Source of the DNA: Planctomycetota bacterium
GTDB taxonomy: Bacteria; Planctomycetota; UBA8108; SXIK01
Reading direction: 5' to 3'
DNA length: 64,000 bases
NCBI GenBank assembly: GCA_965223845.1
Contig: CBDCXR010000004.1
Coordinates: forward strand, 6,624,001-6,688,000
Under the pieces are notes generated by a model that was not told the DNA's origin, did no database searches, and saw nothing but the letters and a program-made list of their open reading frames with translations. Position 1 is the first letter of the stretch; each line of letters begins with the position of its first letter. This document shows, piece by piece, positions 1-9,877 of this stretch. The translations under genes were made by a program, and so were the position numbers.

Positions 1-435
1 CCGCAGAGCGAGACGTTCCTCCGCGACTTCAGTCTCCTCTTCAACTACGCGCTGATCGACTCCGAAGTGAAGCTCACTTCCGAGCAGGACGCGATCCTCA
101 CCAACGGCAGCCGCGAGCTGCAGGGACAACCCGAGTTCACGCTGAACACGGGACTCCTCTACGACTCGACGGACCTCGGTCTCACCGTCGCCGTGCTCGC
201 GAACACCTTCGGGGAGCGGATCTCCGCGGTCGGCGCCTTCGGGCTGCCCGACGAGAAGGAGGAGTCACGCTGGTCGCTCGACGTTTCGATTGCGAAGAAG
301 TTTGGCCGGAGCACGGTGAAGCTCACCGCACAGAACATTCTCGACGACAAGTTCAGCTTCAAGCAGGGAAGCATTACGACGCGAGAGTTCCGCCGCGGGT
401 TTTCGATCGGTCTGTCGTACAGCGTGTCGTTCTGA
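1..435 (+). CDS. TonB-dependent outer-membrane receptor, C-terminal part (runs off the window start)
   Basis: Frame 1 is open from base 1. Amphipathic barrel strands (RELQGQPEFTLNTGLLY, VKLTAQNILD) and a terminal ...GLSYSVSF with C-terminal Phe; lies upstream of an ExbB/ExbD/TonB operon. Confidence 0.85.
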   Translation, partial: PQSETFLRDFSLLFNYALIDSEVKLTSEQDAILTNGSRELQGQPEFTLNTGLLYDSTDLGLTVAVLANTFGERISAVGAFGLPDEKEESRWSLDVSIAKKFGRSTVKLTAQNILDDKFSFKQGSITTREFRRGFSIGLSYSVSF

Positions 436-469
436 GGGAGTTTGGGTGCACAGGAAGAGAGCCGAGACG

Positions 470-1141
470 ATGAATGCGCAGCGAGTGAAGAGGGTTCGGA
501 TCTTGGTGCCTTGCGCGGTCGCGATCGCCCTGTACGTCGCGAGCTGCGAGCGGCCGTCGAGCGTCGCGGAGCTGTCCGCTCCGGGATCTTCCGCGGCGAC
601 TGCTTCCCCGGTGGGGGCTCCGTCCCCGAACCGAGACGAGGCGGACGCCCTTCCAGTTCCAGCGACCGCGGCTGCCAGCGCCGAAGAGGAGAGCGCCGGG
701 CTGCCGCGTTCGATCTCCGGTGGAGAAGACTCGCGTGACGATCTCGCTCGAGCGGCTCTCGACGCTCTCGCGAGACGCGACGCCGACGCACTCCACGCGC
801 TCCGCATAAATCGCGCGGAGTACGAGCACATCCTCTGGCCCGAGTTCGAGAAGACGCAGTCGGAGCGGAGCACGCTCAAGTGGGATTTCCACTGGATGCT
901 TCTCGACTCCAAGAGCAACGCCGGAGTGCGCGATTCGCTCTCCGATTTCGGCGGACAGCCGCTCGAGCTCCTCGAGGTGATTCCGACGCAGGGAATCCGG
1001 GAGTACGACGGATTTCGTGTGCACCGCAAAGTAGAGCTTCGCGTTCGGCGTACGACCGACGGACACGAAGAGCAGATCCGCGCGTTCGGATCGGTGATCG
1101 AGCAGGACGGCCGGTTCAAGATTCTCAGCTTTCCGAGCTGA
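470..1141 (+). CDS. Hypothetical lipoprotein
   Basis: ATG at 470; basic N-region, hydrophobic stretch and lipobox-like VASC, then an Ala/Ser/Pro linker and a globular domain. Confidence 0.7.
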   Translation: MNAQRVKRVRILVPCAVAIALYVASCERPSSVAELSAPGSSAATASPVGAPSPNRDEADALPVPATAAASAEEESAGLPRSISGGEDSRDDLARAALDALARRDADALHALRINRAEYEHILWPEFEKTQSERSTLKWDFHWMLLDSKSNAGVRDSLSDFGGQPLELLEVIPTQGIREYDGFRVHRKVELRVRRTTDGHEEQIRAFGSVIEQDGRFKILSFPS

Positions 1142-1365
1142 GTTGAGATTCGATCGCCGCTCGGAGACCTAGGCCGGTTCTCTCGACCACTAGAACGAAG
1201 GCGGCGCCGACCGACGAGTCGCCGAGCGGTTTCCACGCGTCGTTCATAGAACGATGGTCAAAATCTCACTTTGCCTCTCGCGGCAGTTCGACGCAGGCAG
1301 TGGCGAAGCGCCGTCGCTTCGTTTTCGCGCGTGGCTTCGCCCGAACGAGTGCACTCGAACGATCC

Positions 1366-1414
1366 TTCACGATTCGTTTACGACAACGCGATCGTTTGAT
1401 CACGAAGTCGTCAC
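1366..1414 (+). promoter_or_regulatory. Pho-box-like array of 11-bp-spaced direct repeats
   Basis: TTCAC (1366), TTTAC (1377), ATCAC (1399) and GTCAC (1410) are in exact 11-bp register; a TATGAT -10-like hexamer is at 1490. Confidence 0.6.
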
Positions 1415-1585
1415 GCATCGATGGAAGCGTGCTCCGCGCCGTTCAACACAGATTCCCGCGGTCTTCTCCGCGCGTTTACGAGACCTGTCTATGATTCGTC
1501 ATCCATCGGGACGAGGCGACGAACCACACGCCGCTCGCGTTCCGAAGCGTCGGGGCGAATTCTTCGCTGGTTGAGTACGTACACC

Positions 1586-2509
1586 ATGACCTTCGAGTAC
1601 CGCGGGAGTTCGCGTCTTCTTGACCCGAATCGCCGCACCGGACGTACGGCAGCACTCTTCGTCTGCTCGGTGTTGTCCGCGAATCTACTCTCGGCTCAGA
1701 CTTCCGAGGGAGAGAACGAGTCACCGAACACGGAGTCTCCGTCCACCGCGGCGGCCGCCGATTCGATCGACTTTGGCGTCGCGAATGCGAAGCTACGAAC
1801 CGCACGCCGCGAGCTGCGCGATCTCGAGGACGAAGCGCTGAAGACGCGCCAGTCGCAGATCGAGCGCGAGCGGGAGCTCGTCGCCGAGGAGCGCCTCCTC
1901 GAGCGAAGCCTGAAACATCTCGAGAAGCTCGTCGCCGAGCGGGAAAAGAAGAAGGCCGAGATCGCCGCGAAGATCGCGGAGCGCGAGCAGCGGCTGCGGA
2001 CTCTCGGCGAGCGGGCGGCGCGCGTTCGCGCCGCGATCATCGAGTACCTCAGCGCCGTCGGCGAGAGTGTCGCGAGCGGAATCGAGTGGCAGAAGGAAGC
2101 GCGTCTTCGCTCGCTCGAGGAAACGAAGACGGCGGTGAAGAGCGAGTCCACGGAGCCCGCCGCCGCTCTCGCCTCCGCGGCGCGGATACAGAGCGAGCAG
2201 GAAGCGCTCGCGCGCTCGGTCGAAACGGGATCGATCAAGCTCGACATCGGCGGTGAGACGATCGCCGTGCACGCGTTTCATCTCGGCCTTCTCGCGGTCG
2301 TCTACGCGAGCGAGGACGGGAGCGTGGTCGGGTTCGCACCGGCGGGCGTGCCGCTCGAACGAGCTCGATCTCGCGACGTTGACGCCGATGCGGGCGCCGC
2401 GAACGGGTACCTCGTCGCCGTCGACATTCTCCGGCGCCGCCGGACTCCGGCCGTCGTCGACCTCGTCCTTCCCGCGCTCGATGCTTCGCCGGAAGCCGAG
2501 GAGGAATGA
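1586..2509 (+). CDS. DUF3450/TtpB-like periplasmic coiled-coil protein of a TonB system
   Basis: Signal peptide (ANLLSA-Q), long coiled coil, C-terminal FHLGLLAVVYASEDG motif; first gene of a TonB2-type gene order. Start uncertain. Confidence 0.7.
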   Translation: MTFEYRGSSRLLDPNRRTGRTAALFVCSVLSANLLSAQTSEGENESPNTESPSTAAAADSIDFGVANAKLRTARRELRDLEDEALKTRQSQIERERELVAEERLLERSLKHLEKLVAEREKKKAEIAAKIAEREQRLRTLGERAARVRAAIIEYLSAVGESVASGIEWQKEARLRSLEETKTAVKSESTEPAAALASAARIQSEQEALARSVETGSIKLDIGGETIAVHAFHLGLLAVVYASEDGSVVGFAPAGVPLERARSRDVDADAGAANGYLVAVDILRRRRTPAVVDLVLPALDASPEAEEE

Positions 2510-4401
2510 CCGTGCCTAGGAGCCTACGCGAAGACTTGGACTCGGCGAGACGATCGTCCTCTTTGTCGCGAGAACTCGACGGATTCTCTCGAGTCGCGCG
2601 CCGTTCGCTTAGCGATACCGTCCGAGTTGCGGCGTGTTTCTGCTTCGAATCGGTTCGGGCGCCGGCGAGGAAGGTTCGTCGACGGGAGTGGTCTCCGTCC
2701 CGCTGGGCACTGAGCCTCCTTGTGATCGCGCTCGGCTCTTCGGCCGACGCACAGGATCCCGCTCCGGTCGAAGTGCCCGTCGCTCCGAACGAGATCCGCG
2801 CCGCACTCGAACAGGCCGAGGCTCGCCTCGAGGAGCGGCGTCGCGAGTTCACCGAGGAGACGCAGAATCGGAACCGTGCGATCGCAGAGCGCCAGGCGAG
2901 CGTGTTCGAGCTCCAAGATCGCCAGCAGGCGCTGCGCGATCAGCTTCGTGCGCTCGATCGCGAGCTCGTCGACCTCGATGAGAAGTCGAGCGAAAGCGAA
3001 GCGGCGGTGAAGCAGAAGGAAACGGGGCTCGAGTCTCTCGCGAGCGAAGTCGAGTCGCAGCGATTCGATCTCGACGGGCGCATCCGTCATTCCCTTCTCG
3101 GTCTCGAGCAGCCGGAGCTCATCGAGCGCATCGACGCGCTCAAGCTGCGCGACGACGACGAGAGATCTCCGGAGGAGCGCGCGGAGGCGCTGCTCTCCGT
3201 CCACGCCGACGTGCTCGCTGCGGCTGACGCCATCGGGAAGATGGAGACCGAGGCTCGTCTGAGCGCGAAGGGGGGCGAGGTGAAGAACGTTCGCGCCCTT
3301 CGGCTCGGCCTTCTCGGGGGATTTTACTCCGACCCCGACGGCGGTGAATCCGGCTTCCTCACTCCGGACATCGAAGGCGAGCCGGGCTCGTTTGTCGGGC
3401 AATCGACCGGGCTCACGGCGGAGCAGAAGGCTCGCATCGCGATGTACATCGACGATCCGTCGGACGGCGGTGTTCTCCCGTTCGACGTCACCGGCGGGGC
3501 CGGCATCGCGATCCTTCAGAGCGAGGACACGCTCGCGCGCTGGTTCGAGGTGGGCGGAAAGTTCATGTATCCGCTCGTCGCCCTCGCGCTCATCGCGCTC
3601 GTGCTCAGCATCGAGCGCGGAATCTCGCTCGCGCTTCGGTCGGCCGGAATGAAACGTCGACTCCGTGCGGTGATCGCGCACGTCGAGGCCGGTCGGTTCG
3701 ACGCGGCGGAGGCGCTCGTCGACAAGTCGCGCGGCGCCGTGGGAAGTGTGTGTCGAGCGGCTCTCGTCCATCGCAGCCAGGGGCGCGCAGTGATGGAGGA
3801 TGCCGTTCAGGAAGCGCTTCTGCACCACGCCCCGAGTTTTCATTCTCGCCTCAGCTTCATCGCGCTCTGCGCTGCCATCGCTCCTCTCATGGGTCTCCTC
3901 GGTACCGTCACCGGAATGATCACGACCTTCAAGGCGGTCACGGTGTTCGGGACGAGCGATCCACGCTACATGGCCGGCGGAATCTCCGAGGCGCTGATCA
4001 CGACCCAGGGCGGACTCTACGTCGCGATCCCCGCGCTTCTTTTGCGCGGCGTGCTCGGAGCCGCGGCGGACGCGTCCGTCGGACGTCTCGAAGCGGGCGC
4101 GTTGTCGCTCGTGCGAGCGATCCTCGTCCGCACCGGGAAGTCCCCGGACGACGAACCGGAGGGCGACGGCGACGTTTCGACGGCGAGCGGTGCGGTCGAC
4201 TCAACTCTCGCCGGATCGACGGGTCGCTTCCTCGGCTCCGCCCAGGACCGAGAGGACGCCGAAGCCGAGGATCGCCTCTTCGCCGCGCTTGAGGGAATCG
4301 AGGACGTGGACGAGGTCGACGAAGTCGATCGCGCGTCGCCGCCGTTTAGGCGTCCGAGCGATCGCAGCGCGGAGATCGGCGGGGAGCTAGGTCATGAGTG
4401 A
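2506..4401 (+). CDS. Long ExbB/MotA/TolQ-family protein (TtpC-like) with N-terminal coiled coil
   Basis: APLMGLLGTVTGMITTF and GGISEALITTQGGL proton-channel motifs; ATGA overlap with the upstream gene; acidic C-terminal tail. Confidence 0.88.
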   Translation: MTVPRSLREDLDSARRSSSLSRELDGFSRVARRSLSDTVRVAACFCFESVRAPARKVRRREWSPSRWALSLLVIALGSSADAQDPAPVEVPVAPNEIRAALEQAEARLEERRREFTEETQNRNRAIAERQASVFELQDRQQALRDQLRALDRELVDLDEKSSESEAAVKQKETGLESLASEVESQRFDLDGRIRHSLLGLEQPELIERIDALKLRDDDERSPEERAEALLSVHADVLAAADAIGKMETEARLSAKGGEVKNVRALRLGLLGGFYSDPDGGESGFLTPDIEGEPGSFVGQSTGLTAEQKARIAMYIDDPSDGGVLPFDVTGGAGIAILQSEDTLARWFEVGGKFMYPLVALALIALVLSIERGISLALRSAGMKRRLRAVIAHVEAGRFDAAEALVDKSRGAVGSVCRAALVHRSQGRAVMEDAVQEALLHHAPSFHSRLSFIALCAAIAPLMGLLGTVTGMITTFKAVTVFGTSDPRYMAGGISEALITTQGGLYVAIPALLLRGVLGAAADASVGRLEAGALSLVRAILVRTGKSPDDEPEGDGDVSTASGAVDSTLAGSTGRFLGSAQDREDAEAEDRLFAALEGIEDVDEVDEVDRASPPFRRPSDRSAEIGGELGHE

Positions 4402-5086
4402 TCTCATCGAGAGCGCGCTCTCCATCATCCGTGAAGGAACGCTTCCCGTCATGCTGCCGCTCATCGCGTGCAGCATCGGGATCTGGATCCTCATCGTCGA
4501 ACGGAGCTGGTATCTCTTCGACACCGGTTTTTTGTTCTTCTGGCCACCCGCCCGACGGCGCGGGCTCGCCGTAAAGCGCGACGTCGCGCGCCGATTCGAC
4601 GCGTTCCTCGAGGAGCCAACGGAAGACCGGCGGGTTGAGCTCGTCACCGCGTGCGAACGCCACCGGAGCTCCTATCACAGCTTTCTCATCGACGCCCTCG
4701 GAAGAGCCTCCGGGCGCAGTGAACCGGCTGCGGATCTCCGACTGAAGACCGCGGTTCTCAGCGAAGAGCTCCACATGGAGCGCGGGCTCCGCATCCTGTC
4801 GACGCTCGCAAAGGTCGCTCCGCTGCTCGGTCTCCTCGGCACGGTCACCGGAATGATCAAAACATTCCAGATGATGATGGTGTCGACGTCGAACGATCCC
4901 CGGGCGCTCTCGGCCGGAATCTCCATCGCGCTCATCGCGACGGAGGTCGGGCTCGTCGTCTCGATGCCGGGAATCGTCGGCGTGAGCTGGCTCTCACGCC
5001 GAGCGCAGGTGATTCAGGAGGAGATCCGACTCGCCTCGATGCGAATCCTTCAGGCGATCACGCCGGAGAGGGGAGTTGTCTCATGA
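4394..5086 (+). CDS. exbB: ExbB/MotA/TolQ proton channel protein
   Basis: APLLGLLGTVTGMIKTF and AGISIALIATEVGL motifs. Confidence 0.88.
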   Translation: MSDLIESALSIIREGTLPVMLPLIACSIGIWILIVERSWYLFDTGFLFFWPPARRRGLAVKRDVARRFDAFLEEPTEDRRVELVTACERHRSSYHSFLIDALGRASGRSEPAADLRLKTAVLSEELHMERGLRILSTLAKVAPLLGLLGTVTGMIKTFQMMMVSTSNDPRALSAGISIALIATEVGLVVSMPGIVGVSWLSRRAQVIQEEIRLASMRILQAITPERGVVS

Positions 5087-5496
5087 TCGGCCTCAAGCGG
5101 CGATCGGCGCTCGAAGAGGCCGCGGTCGATATGGCGCCCCTTATCGACATGACCTTTCTCCTTCTCATCTTTTTTCTCGTCAACACGAACTTCATCAAAG
5201 AGACGGGGATCGAAGTGAAGCGCCCCGAAGCGACGTCCGGCGCCGCAAAGAAGGGCGATCTGATTCTCGTCGGAGTGAGCAGCGCGGGAACGATCCACAT
5301 GAACGGACGCCGCGTCGACTTGAGCGCTGTGCGCCCCACCGTCGCGCAGATGCGTCTCAAGACGCCGAACGCGCCGGTGATGGTGATCGCCGACGAAGCT
5401 GCGCGCGCGCAGACGATCGTCCGCGTGATCGACGAGTGCAAGCTCGCCGGCGCCGAAGAGATCAACTTCTCCACTCGCACTGGAGGCGAAGGATGA
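5083..5496 (+). CDS. exbD: Biopolymer transport protein ExbD/TolR
   Basis: DMAPLIDMTFLLLIFFLV transmembrane motif, VIADE, VIDECKLAGA; ATGA overlap. Confidence 0.92.
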   Translation: MIGLKRRSALEEAAVDMAPLIDMTFLLLIFFLVNTNFIKETGIEVKRPEATSGAAKKGDLILVGVSSAGTIHMNGRRVDLSAVRPTVAQMRLKTPNAPVMVIADEAARAQTIVRVIDECKLAGAEEINFSTRTGGEG

Positions 5497-6404
5497 ACTG
5501 GAACGTATTCAGCACTCTCGTGACCGCGGTACGCACGCAGCGACCGTCGGAGGCGCGCGGAAAGGAGTCGATCCCGGCGGCGCCTCCCTACGAAGCGATT
5601 CGAACGCGGCGCCGGTTTCCTTGGCTCGCCGCGGCGATCGGCGGGGGGATCTTCACGGCCCTCGTGTTTCTCTTTCTCGGCTCCCTGCAGCCGCCGGTGA
5701 ATAGCAGCGAGAGGCTCGAGCTTCCCCAAGTGCTCACCTTCGATCTCGAAGCGACGAAGGCTCGTAAGCCTCCGCCTCCCCCGCCGAAGCCGGAGAAGCA
5801 GAAGCCAAAGGAGCGAAAGCGTGTCCGGCCGAAGACCCAGACGAAGACCGTCGCGCGTACGACACGTTCGCTGTCGCCGCGACGGACGCGTTCGAGCGCG
5901 GCGCCGCGGATGCGCGCGGACATCGCTCGCGGGCTCGCCGGGATCTCGCTCTCGGCGGCGGGCTCGGGGCTGGGAGGCGGCGGGCTCGCGCTCGACCTTT
6001 CGGGCGAGGCGATGGACTTCGCGGCTGAGGCGGCGGACTTCCTTCAGTACCAGGAGCGCCGGCGCATGGCGAGAGAGCGTCAGTTCTCGCGTGAGCGAAC
6101 GGCGCGGCGATCGGCGTCGACCTCGGCACGCGCCGCGCGGCTCGAGCATCGCGCGCGGCCGGTCTACCCCTACGACGCGCGGAAGAACGAGATCGAGGGC
6201 TGGGTCGTCTTCGACATGCTCGTGGGGATCGACGGCGCCGTGGAGGAGTGCAAGGTGATCGACGGCTCGCCGCCGGGCGAGTTCGAGGACGCGATTCTCG
6301 CGATCGCTCCGCGCTGGCAGTTCTCGCCGGCGAAAGACGACACCGGTCGCCCCATCGAGGAGTGGGTGCGTTACCGCTACGAGTTCAAGCTGGAGGATGC
6401 CTGA
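5493..6404 (+). CDS. tonB: Energy transducer TonB
   Basis: ATGA overlap at 5493; single TM helix, KPPPPPPKPEK linker, TonB_C domain (PVYPYDARKNEIEGWV...RWQFSPA). Confidence 0.9.
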   Translation: MNWNVFSTLVTAVRTQRPSEARGKESIPAAPPYEAIRTRRRFPWLAAAIGGGIFTALVFLFLGSLQPPVNSSERLELPQVLTFDLEATKARKPPPPPPKPEKQKPKERKRVRPKTQTKTVARTTRSLSPRRTRSSAAPRMRADIARGLAGISLSAAGSGLGGGGLALDLSGEAMDFAAEAADFLQYQERRRMARERQFSRERTARRSASTSARAARLEHRARPVYPYDARKNEIEGWVVFDMLVGIDGAVEECKVIDGSPPGEFEDAILAIAPRWQFSPAKDDTGRPIEEWVRYRYEFKLEDA

Positions 6405-7972
6405 TGGCGTCGAGCTCTCCGCGGGGAGATCGGTATCGATGCATCGGCACGAGCGCATTGCTCGGCGTCTGGGTCGCCGGGGCGGTCGCGTGCAAGAGCA
6501 TGACGACCGTCCAGGAACGCTTCAGCCGAGAGCAGCAGCGGGCCGAAGAGACTCGGGCCCAAGTGAAGAAGGACGCCGCACGGGACGTCGCGGCGCTCGA
6601 GGAAGAGGAGCGTGAGCTTCGCCGCCAGGGAAAGCGAATCGAGCTTCAACGAAAGCGGCAAGAACTCCGCGCAGAAGCAGGGGAGGCGCTCGCCGCCGGG
6701 GAGAATGCGCGCGTCCTCGAGATCGCCCGCGAGATCTTCGATCTCTCGGAGACGGGCGACTTCGATGTCGATCTCGAGGAGTTCATCAAGGCGCCGGAAA
6801 TGGCGCGCGCCGAGCGCGCGCGAGTGTTCTCGCTGATCGGCTCGGCGCACTATCAGCTCGGGAACAAGGACAAAGCGATCACCGCGCTGCAAAAAGCGTC
6901 GGAGCTCGATCGGACGCTCCGCGACGCGCGACGAAACCTCGGCAAGATCCTCTTCGTCGAGGGGCGTTACGCCGAGGCCGTGAAGGCATTTGAAAAGGAG
7001 CTCGCGGACGGGTACCAGGACGCGGATCTCCTCTTCCTCCTCGCGAAGGCGCGCTACGAGCTCGCGCACTCATCGGGCGAAGCCTTTCACAAGGAAGCGG
7101 CGCGTCTCGCGCTCGAGCGCGTGGTGGTCGAGCGACCCGGCGACCGCGACGCCCGCTACTGGCGCGCGATGCTCACCTACGAGACGGGCCGCTATCGCGA
7201 AGCGATTCGACTTCTCGCGGAGCTTCGACAGAGTGAGCCGCTCGAGATCGAGCACGTGACGCGACTCGCGGACGCGCACCGGAAGCTCGATCAGAACGAG
7301 CAAGCCATCGACTATCTCGAGCTCGCGGCGCAGATCTACGAGGCGAAGGCGAAGCCAGTGCCGAAGTCGATCGCGCTCGATCTCTCGGCGCTTTACGCCG
7401 ACACCGGCAACGCGCCGGGAAGCGCCGCGGCGTGGCTCAGTCGGGCCTACGGTGACGATCCCACGGGCGCGACGAACGGGGATCGCCTCCTCGCGGGTCT
7501 CCTCTTCGCCGATGCCGGAATCTACGCGAAGGCGACGCGCTGGCTCGACGCGGTGGACGAGAGCTCGGACTCCGAGTTCGTCGACGCGCAGGCACGGCTC
7601 GCCGTGATCTACGAAGAGCGCGGCGACTCGGCCCTCGCGATCACCGCGTACGACCGCGTGCGAGCACGCCGGCCGGACGACGGTTACGCCCATCTGGCGG
7701 CCGCAGATATCTACATGGATCGCGGCCGGCACGACGAAGCGCTCGCGGCCTACGCGAAAGCCGCGGCGCTCGAGGACACGAAGGCCGACGGACTCGCCGG
7801 TGTCGCAGAGGTGCACTACGCGAAGGGCAACCTCGACGCCGCTCTCAAGGAGTACGAGCGCGCGCTCGAAGTGCGACCGGACGATCCGCGCTATGAGGCG
7901 GCCGCGCGAGAGATCCGCGCGGAGCGGGACCAGGCGCGCGCGGAAGAAGAGCGAACGCGCGCGGGGGACTGA
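6404..7972 (+). CDS. TPR-repeat lipoprotein (TtpD-like position)
   Basis: TGATG overlap with tonB; lipobox-like AVAC; many TPR motifs (e.g. LGKILFVEGRYAEAVKAFEKEL). Confidence 0.85.
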   Translation: MASSSPRGDRYRCIGTSALLGVWVAGAVACKSMTTVQERFSREQQRAEETRAQVKKDAARDVAALEEEERELRRQGKRIELQRKRQELRAEAGEALAAGENARVLEIAREIFDLSETGDFDVDLEEFIKAPEMARAERARVFSLIGSAHYQLGNKDKAITALQKASELDRTLRDARRNLGKILFVEGRYAEAVKAFEKELADGYQDADLLFLLAKARYELAHSSGEAFHKEAARLALERVVVERPGDRDARYWRAMLTYETGRYREAIRLLAELRQSEPLEIEHVTRLADAHRKLDQNEQAIDYLELAAQIYEAKAKPVPKSIALDLSALYADTGNAPGSAAAWLSRAYGDDPTGATNGDRLLAGLLFADAGIYAKATRWLDAVDESSDSEFVDAQARLAVIYEERGDSALAITAYDRVRARRPDDGYAHLAAADIYMDRGRHDEALAAYAKAAALEDTKADGLAGVAEVHYAKGNLDAALKEYERALEVRPDDPRYEAAAREIRAERDQARAEEERTRAGD

Positions 7973-8079
7973 ACGGGACGGTTTGTCGGCCCGACCAGTC
8001 GGTGTCGCTGAGCGGAACGCGGCTGGACGAGTTGGATTCGTACCACGTGAGATCGCCTTCGCCCCTATGATGGGCGGTC

Positions 8080-8526
8080 ATGAAATCTCGCGATTCGAGT
8101 CGAGCCAAGAAGATCGTCGACACACTCGTGTCCCTGATCGCGCTCATGGTCCTCATGGCCGTTGTCTACGGTTTCCATACGAACGTTCGGCAAAGTCCCG
8201 TCTTCGGAGAGCGATCTTCGTCGTACTCGAAAGGGGCGCTTGGCGATGAGGACTGGGTCGAGAGAAATCCAGAGCTCGCAGCGTGGGTTCGTTCTCTACC
8301 CCTGCGCGGACTGGGAAACATCGCCGCGCTCTGTGCCTTGGGTTTAGCCTGGACATGGGTCTACTTCCTCCCCGTCGCAGCGCTCGCCGCGGGGATAGCT
8401 CGCGTACTCGAGTCGCTTCTTTTTCGCCGAGGTCGGGTCGCCCTCTGGTGGCTATTACCCGCCACGCTCACCATCGGATTCTCGTTGCCCGTACTGAAGG
8501 GTGCGATCATCGTGTGCCTCGATTGA
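8080..8526 (+). CDS. Hypothetical membrane protein
   Basis: 148 aa with 3-4 hydrophobic segments; no recognised motif. Confidence 0.55.
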   Translation: MKSRDSSRAKKIVDTLVSLIALMVLMAVVYGFHTNVRQSPVFGERSSSYSKGALGDEDWVERNPELAAWVRSLPLRGLGNIAALCALGLAWTWVYFLPVAALAAGIARVLESLLFRRGRVALWWLLPATLTIGFSLPVLKGAIIVCLD

Positions 8527-8540
8527 CGGGCGAGGTCAAG

Positions 8541-9053
8541 GTGCCGCATTCGTTTCCTTTGGTCATCGATCGGCCCGACATTGAGCACGACTTCTTGAAG
8601 CCAGTCTCCTCGCGATCATTCTTACTCCTAGGACTGATGGGGTTCGCGATGCTCGTCGTCGGGTCGCGTACCGACCGCGCCGAAATGGATCTCTGGGCGG
8701 ATCGGCGGCTCTGCGTGAGCCGCTCGCTCGAACGGGGCGGTCGGTCGTACAAGCGTCGACTCGAACTCTACGCGGACGCCGAGCGCGTCGACGCGCTCGA
8801 GCTATTTACCGACACCGGAGGCTACAGTCGCGTCAACGTGTTCGGGTCGACGCCGAAGCGCGGCGTGGTCATCGCGACCTTCGACGAGGTGTACGAAGTC
8901 TCTACCGAGCGGTTCCGGCCGCTCCCACGGTCGGGCCACGCGGCGTCGGACGGAACCTTCCTCGGTGCGTTCGACGTCGATCGCGCGGGAAGGTGGCGAT
9001 TCATCTCGGCGAACGAGGCGCCCCTTCGACCGACCGAGAGACGCGGCGGATAA
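8541..9053 (+). CDS. Hypothetical membrane-anchored/secreted protein
   Basis: Hydrophobic segment FLLLGLMGFAMLVVG followed by a beta-rich domain; start uncertain (GTG 8541 chosen). Confidence 0.45.
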   Translation: MPHSFPLVIDRPDIEHDFLKPVSSRSFLLLGLMGFAMLVVGSRTDRAEMDLWADRRLCVSRSLERGGRSYKRRLELYADAERVDALELFTDTGGYSRVNVFGSTPKRGVVIATFDEVYEVSTERFRPLPRSGHAASDGTFLGAFDVDRAGRWRFISANEAPLRPTERRGG

Positions 9054-9104
9054 ACTCTCGCCTACAAACCCCTCTCCTCTTTCCCGCCCCACGCTCGCCT
9101 GTCC

Positions 9105-9150
9105 CCTCTTCCTTCGTCTTCCTTCGCGACCTTCGCGCTCTTCGTGTGAA
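9105..9150 (+). repeat. Interspersed pyrimidine-rich repeat, copy 1
   Basis: CCTTCGTCTTCCTTCGCGACCTTCGCGCTCTTCGTGTGAA; matches the copies at 17149 (-), 17345 (+) and 41934 (+). Confidence 0.75.
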
Positions 9151-9169
9151 CCTCTTCTCTTCTCTTCTC

Positions 9170-9877
9170 TTACCGCGGCGATGCCACGTCCTGTTCCGCG
9201 AGCTTGTAGCCCACGCCCCGCACCGTCACGATCAGATCGCGTGCGGGTCCGAGCTTACTTCGAATCGAGCGGATGCGTACGTCGATGTTCCGCTCGTCGA
9301 CCCTTCCGCCGCGCTGCATGCGCTGCAGAAGCTCTTCGCGTGTGAAGGCCCGACCGGGCTGGGTTGCAAGCGCAACGAGGAGCTGAAACTCGGAGAGACT
9401 GAGTGAGACTTCCGTGCCGTCGACGAGAACGACGTGTCGATCGGTGTCGATGAAGATGCCGTTGTGCTCGATCGCGATCCCCGGCGGGAGCGATACGCGG
9501 ATGCGGCGCCGCTTGATGATCTGGCGGAGGCGCTCGACGCAGCGGTCGGTTTCGATCGGGCCGAAGACGCAGTCGTCGGCTCCCTGGGCCCGACAGCCGT
9601 CGATGTGGCACGATCCCGGGTGGAGGGCGAGTAGCACGATCGCCGCCTCGCGCGACCCCGGTTCTTCGCGGAGCCGCTGGATCCAATCGAAGCGGTCGTC
9701 GCCGGGTGAGCTCGGCGAAACGAGGACGAGACTCGGGCAGATCTCGTGCGCGGCGCGGACGCAGCGCTCGTCGCGTTCCTCCGAACGGACCGTGGCACCT
9801 TCCAGTTCGAGGGCTTCAGAGAGCTCGGAGATCTCAGCGTCGGGATAACCGACGCACAGTATGGTTTCGCCTTTCAT
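9170..9877 (-). CDS. OmpR/PhoB-family response regulator with a degenerate receiver domain
   Basis: Intact winged-helix domain (EFQLL...FTREELL...RNIDVRIRSIRSKLG...IVTVRGVGYKL); the receiver lacks the acidic pair, the phospho-Asp and the conserved Lys. Confidence 0.88.
   Translation of the reverse strand: MKGETILCVGYPDAEISELSEALELEGATVRSEERDERCVRAAHEICPSLVLVSPSSPGDDRFDWIQRLREEPGSREAAIVLLALHPGSCHIDGCRAQGADDCVFGPIETDRCVERLRQIIKRRRIRVSLPPGIAIEHNGIFIDTDRHVVLVDGTEVSLSLSEFQLLVALATQPGRAFTREELLQRMQRGGRVDERNIDVRIRSIRSKLGPARDLIVTVRGVGYKLAEQDVASPR

Noticed and set aside
1142-1585. Fur box or cobalamin riboswitch ahead of the TonB operon
   Set aside because: No AT-rich GATAATGAT-type palindrome or B12-box recognised; the phased TTCAC repeats explain the region better.
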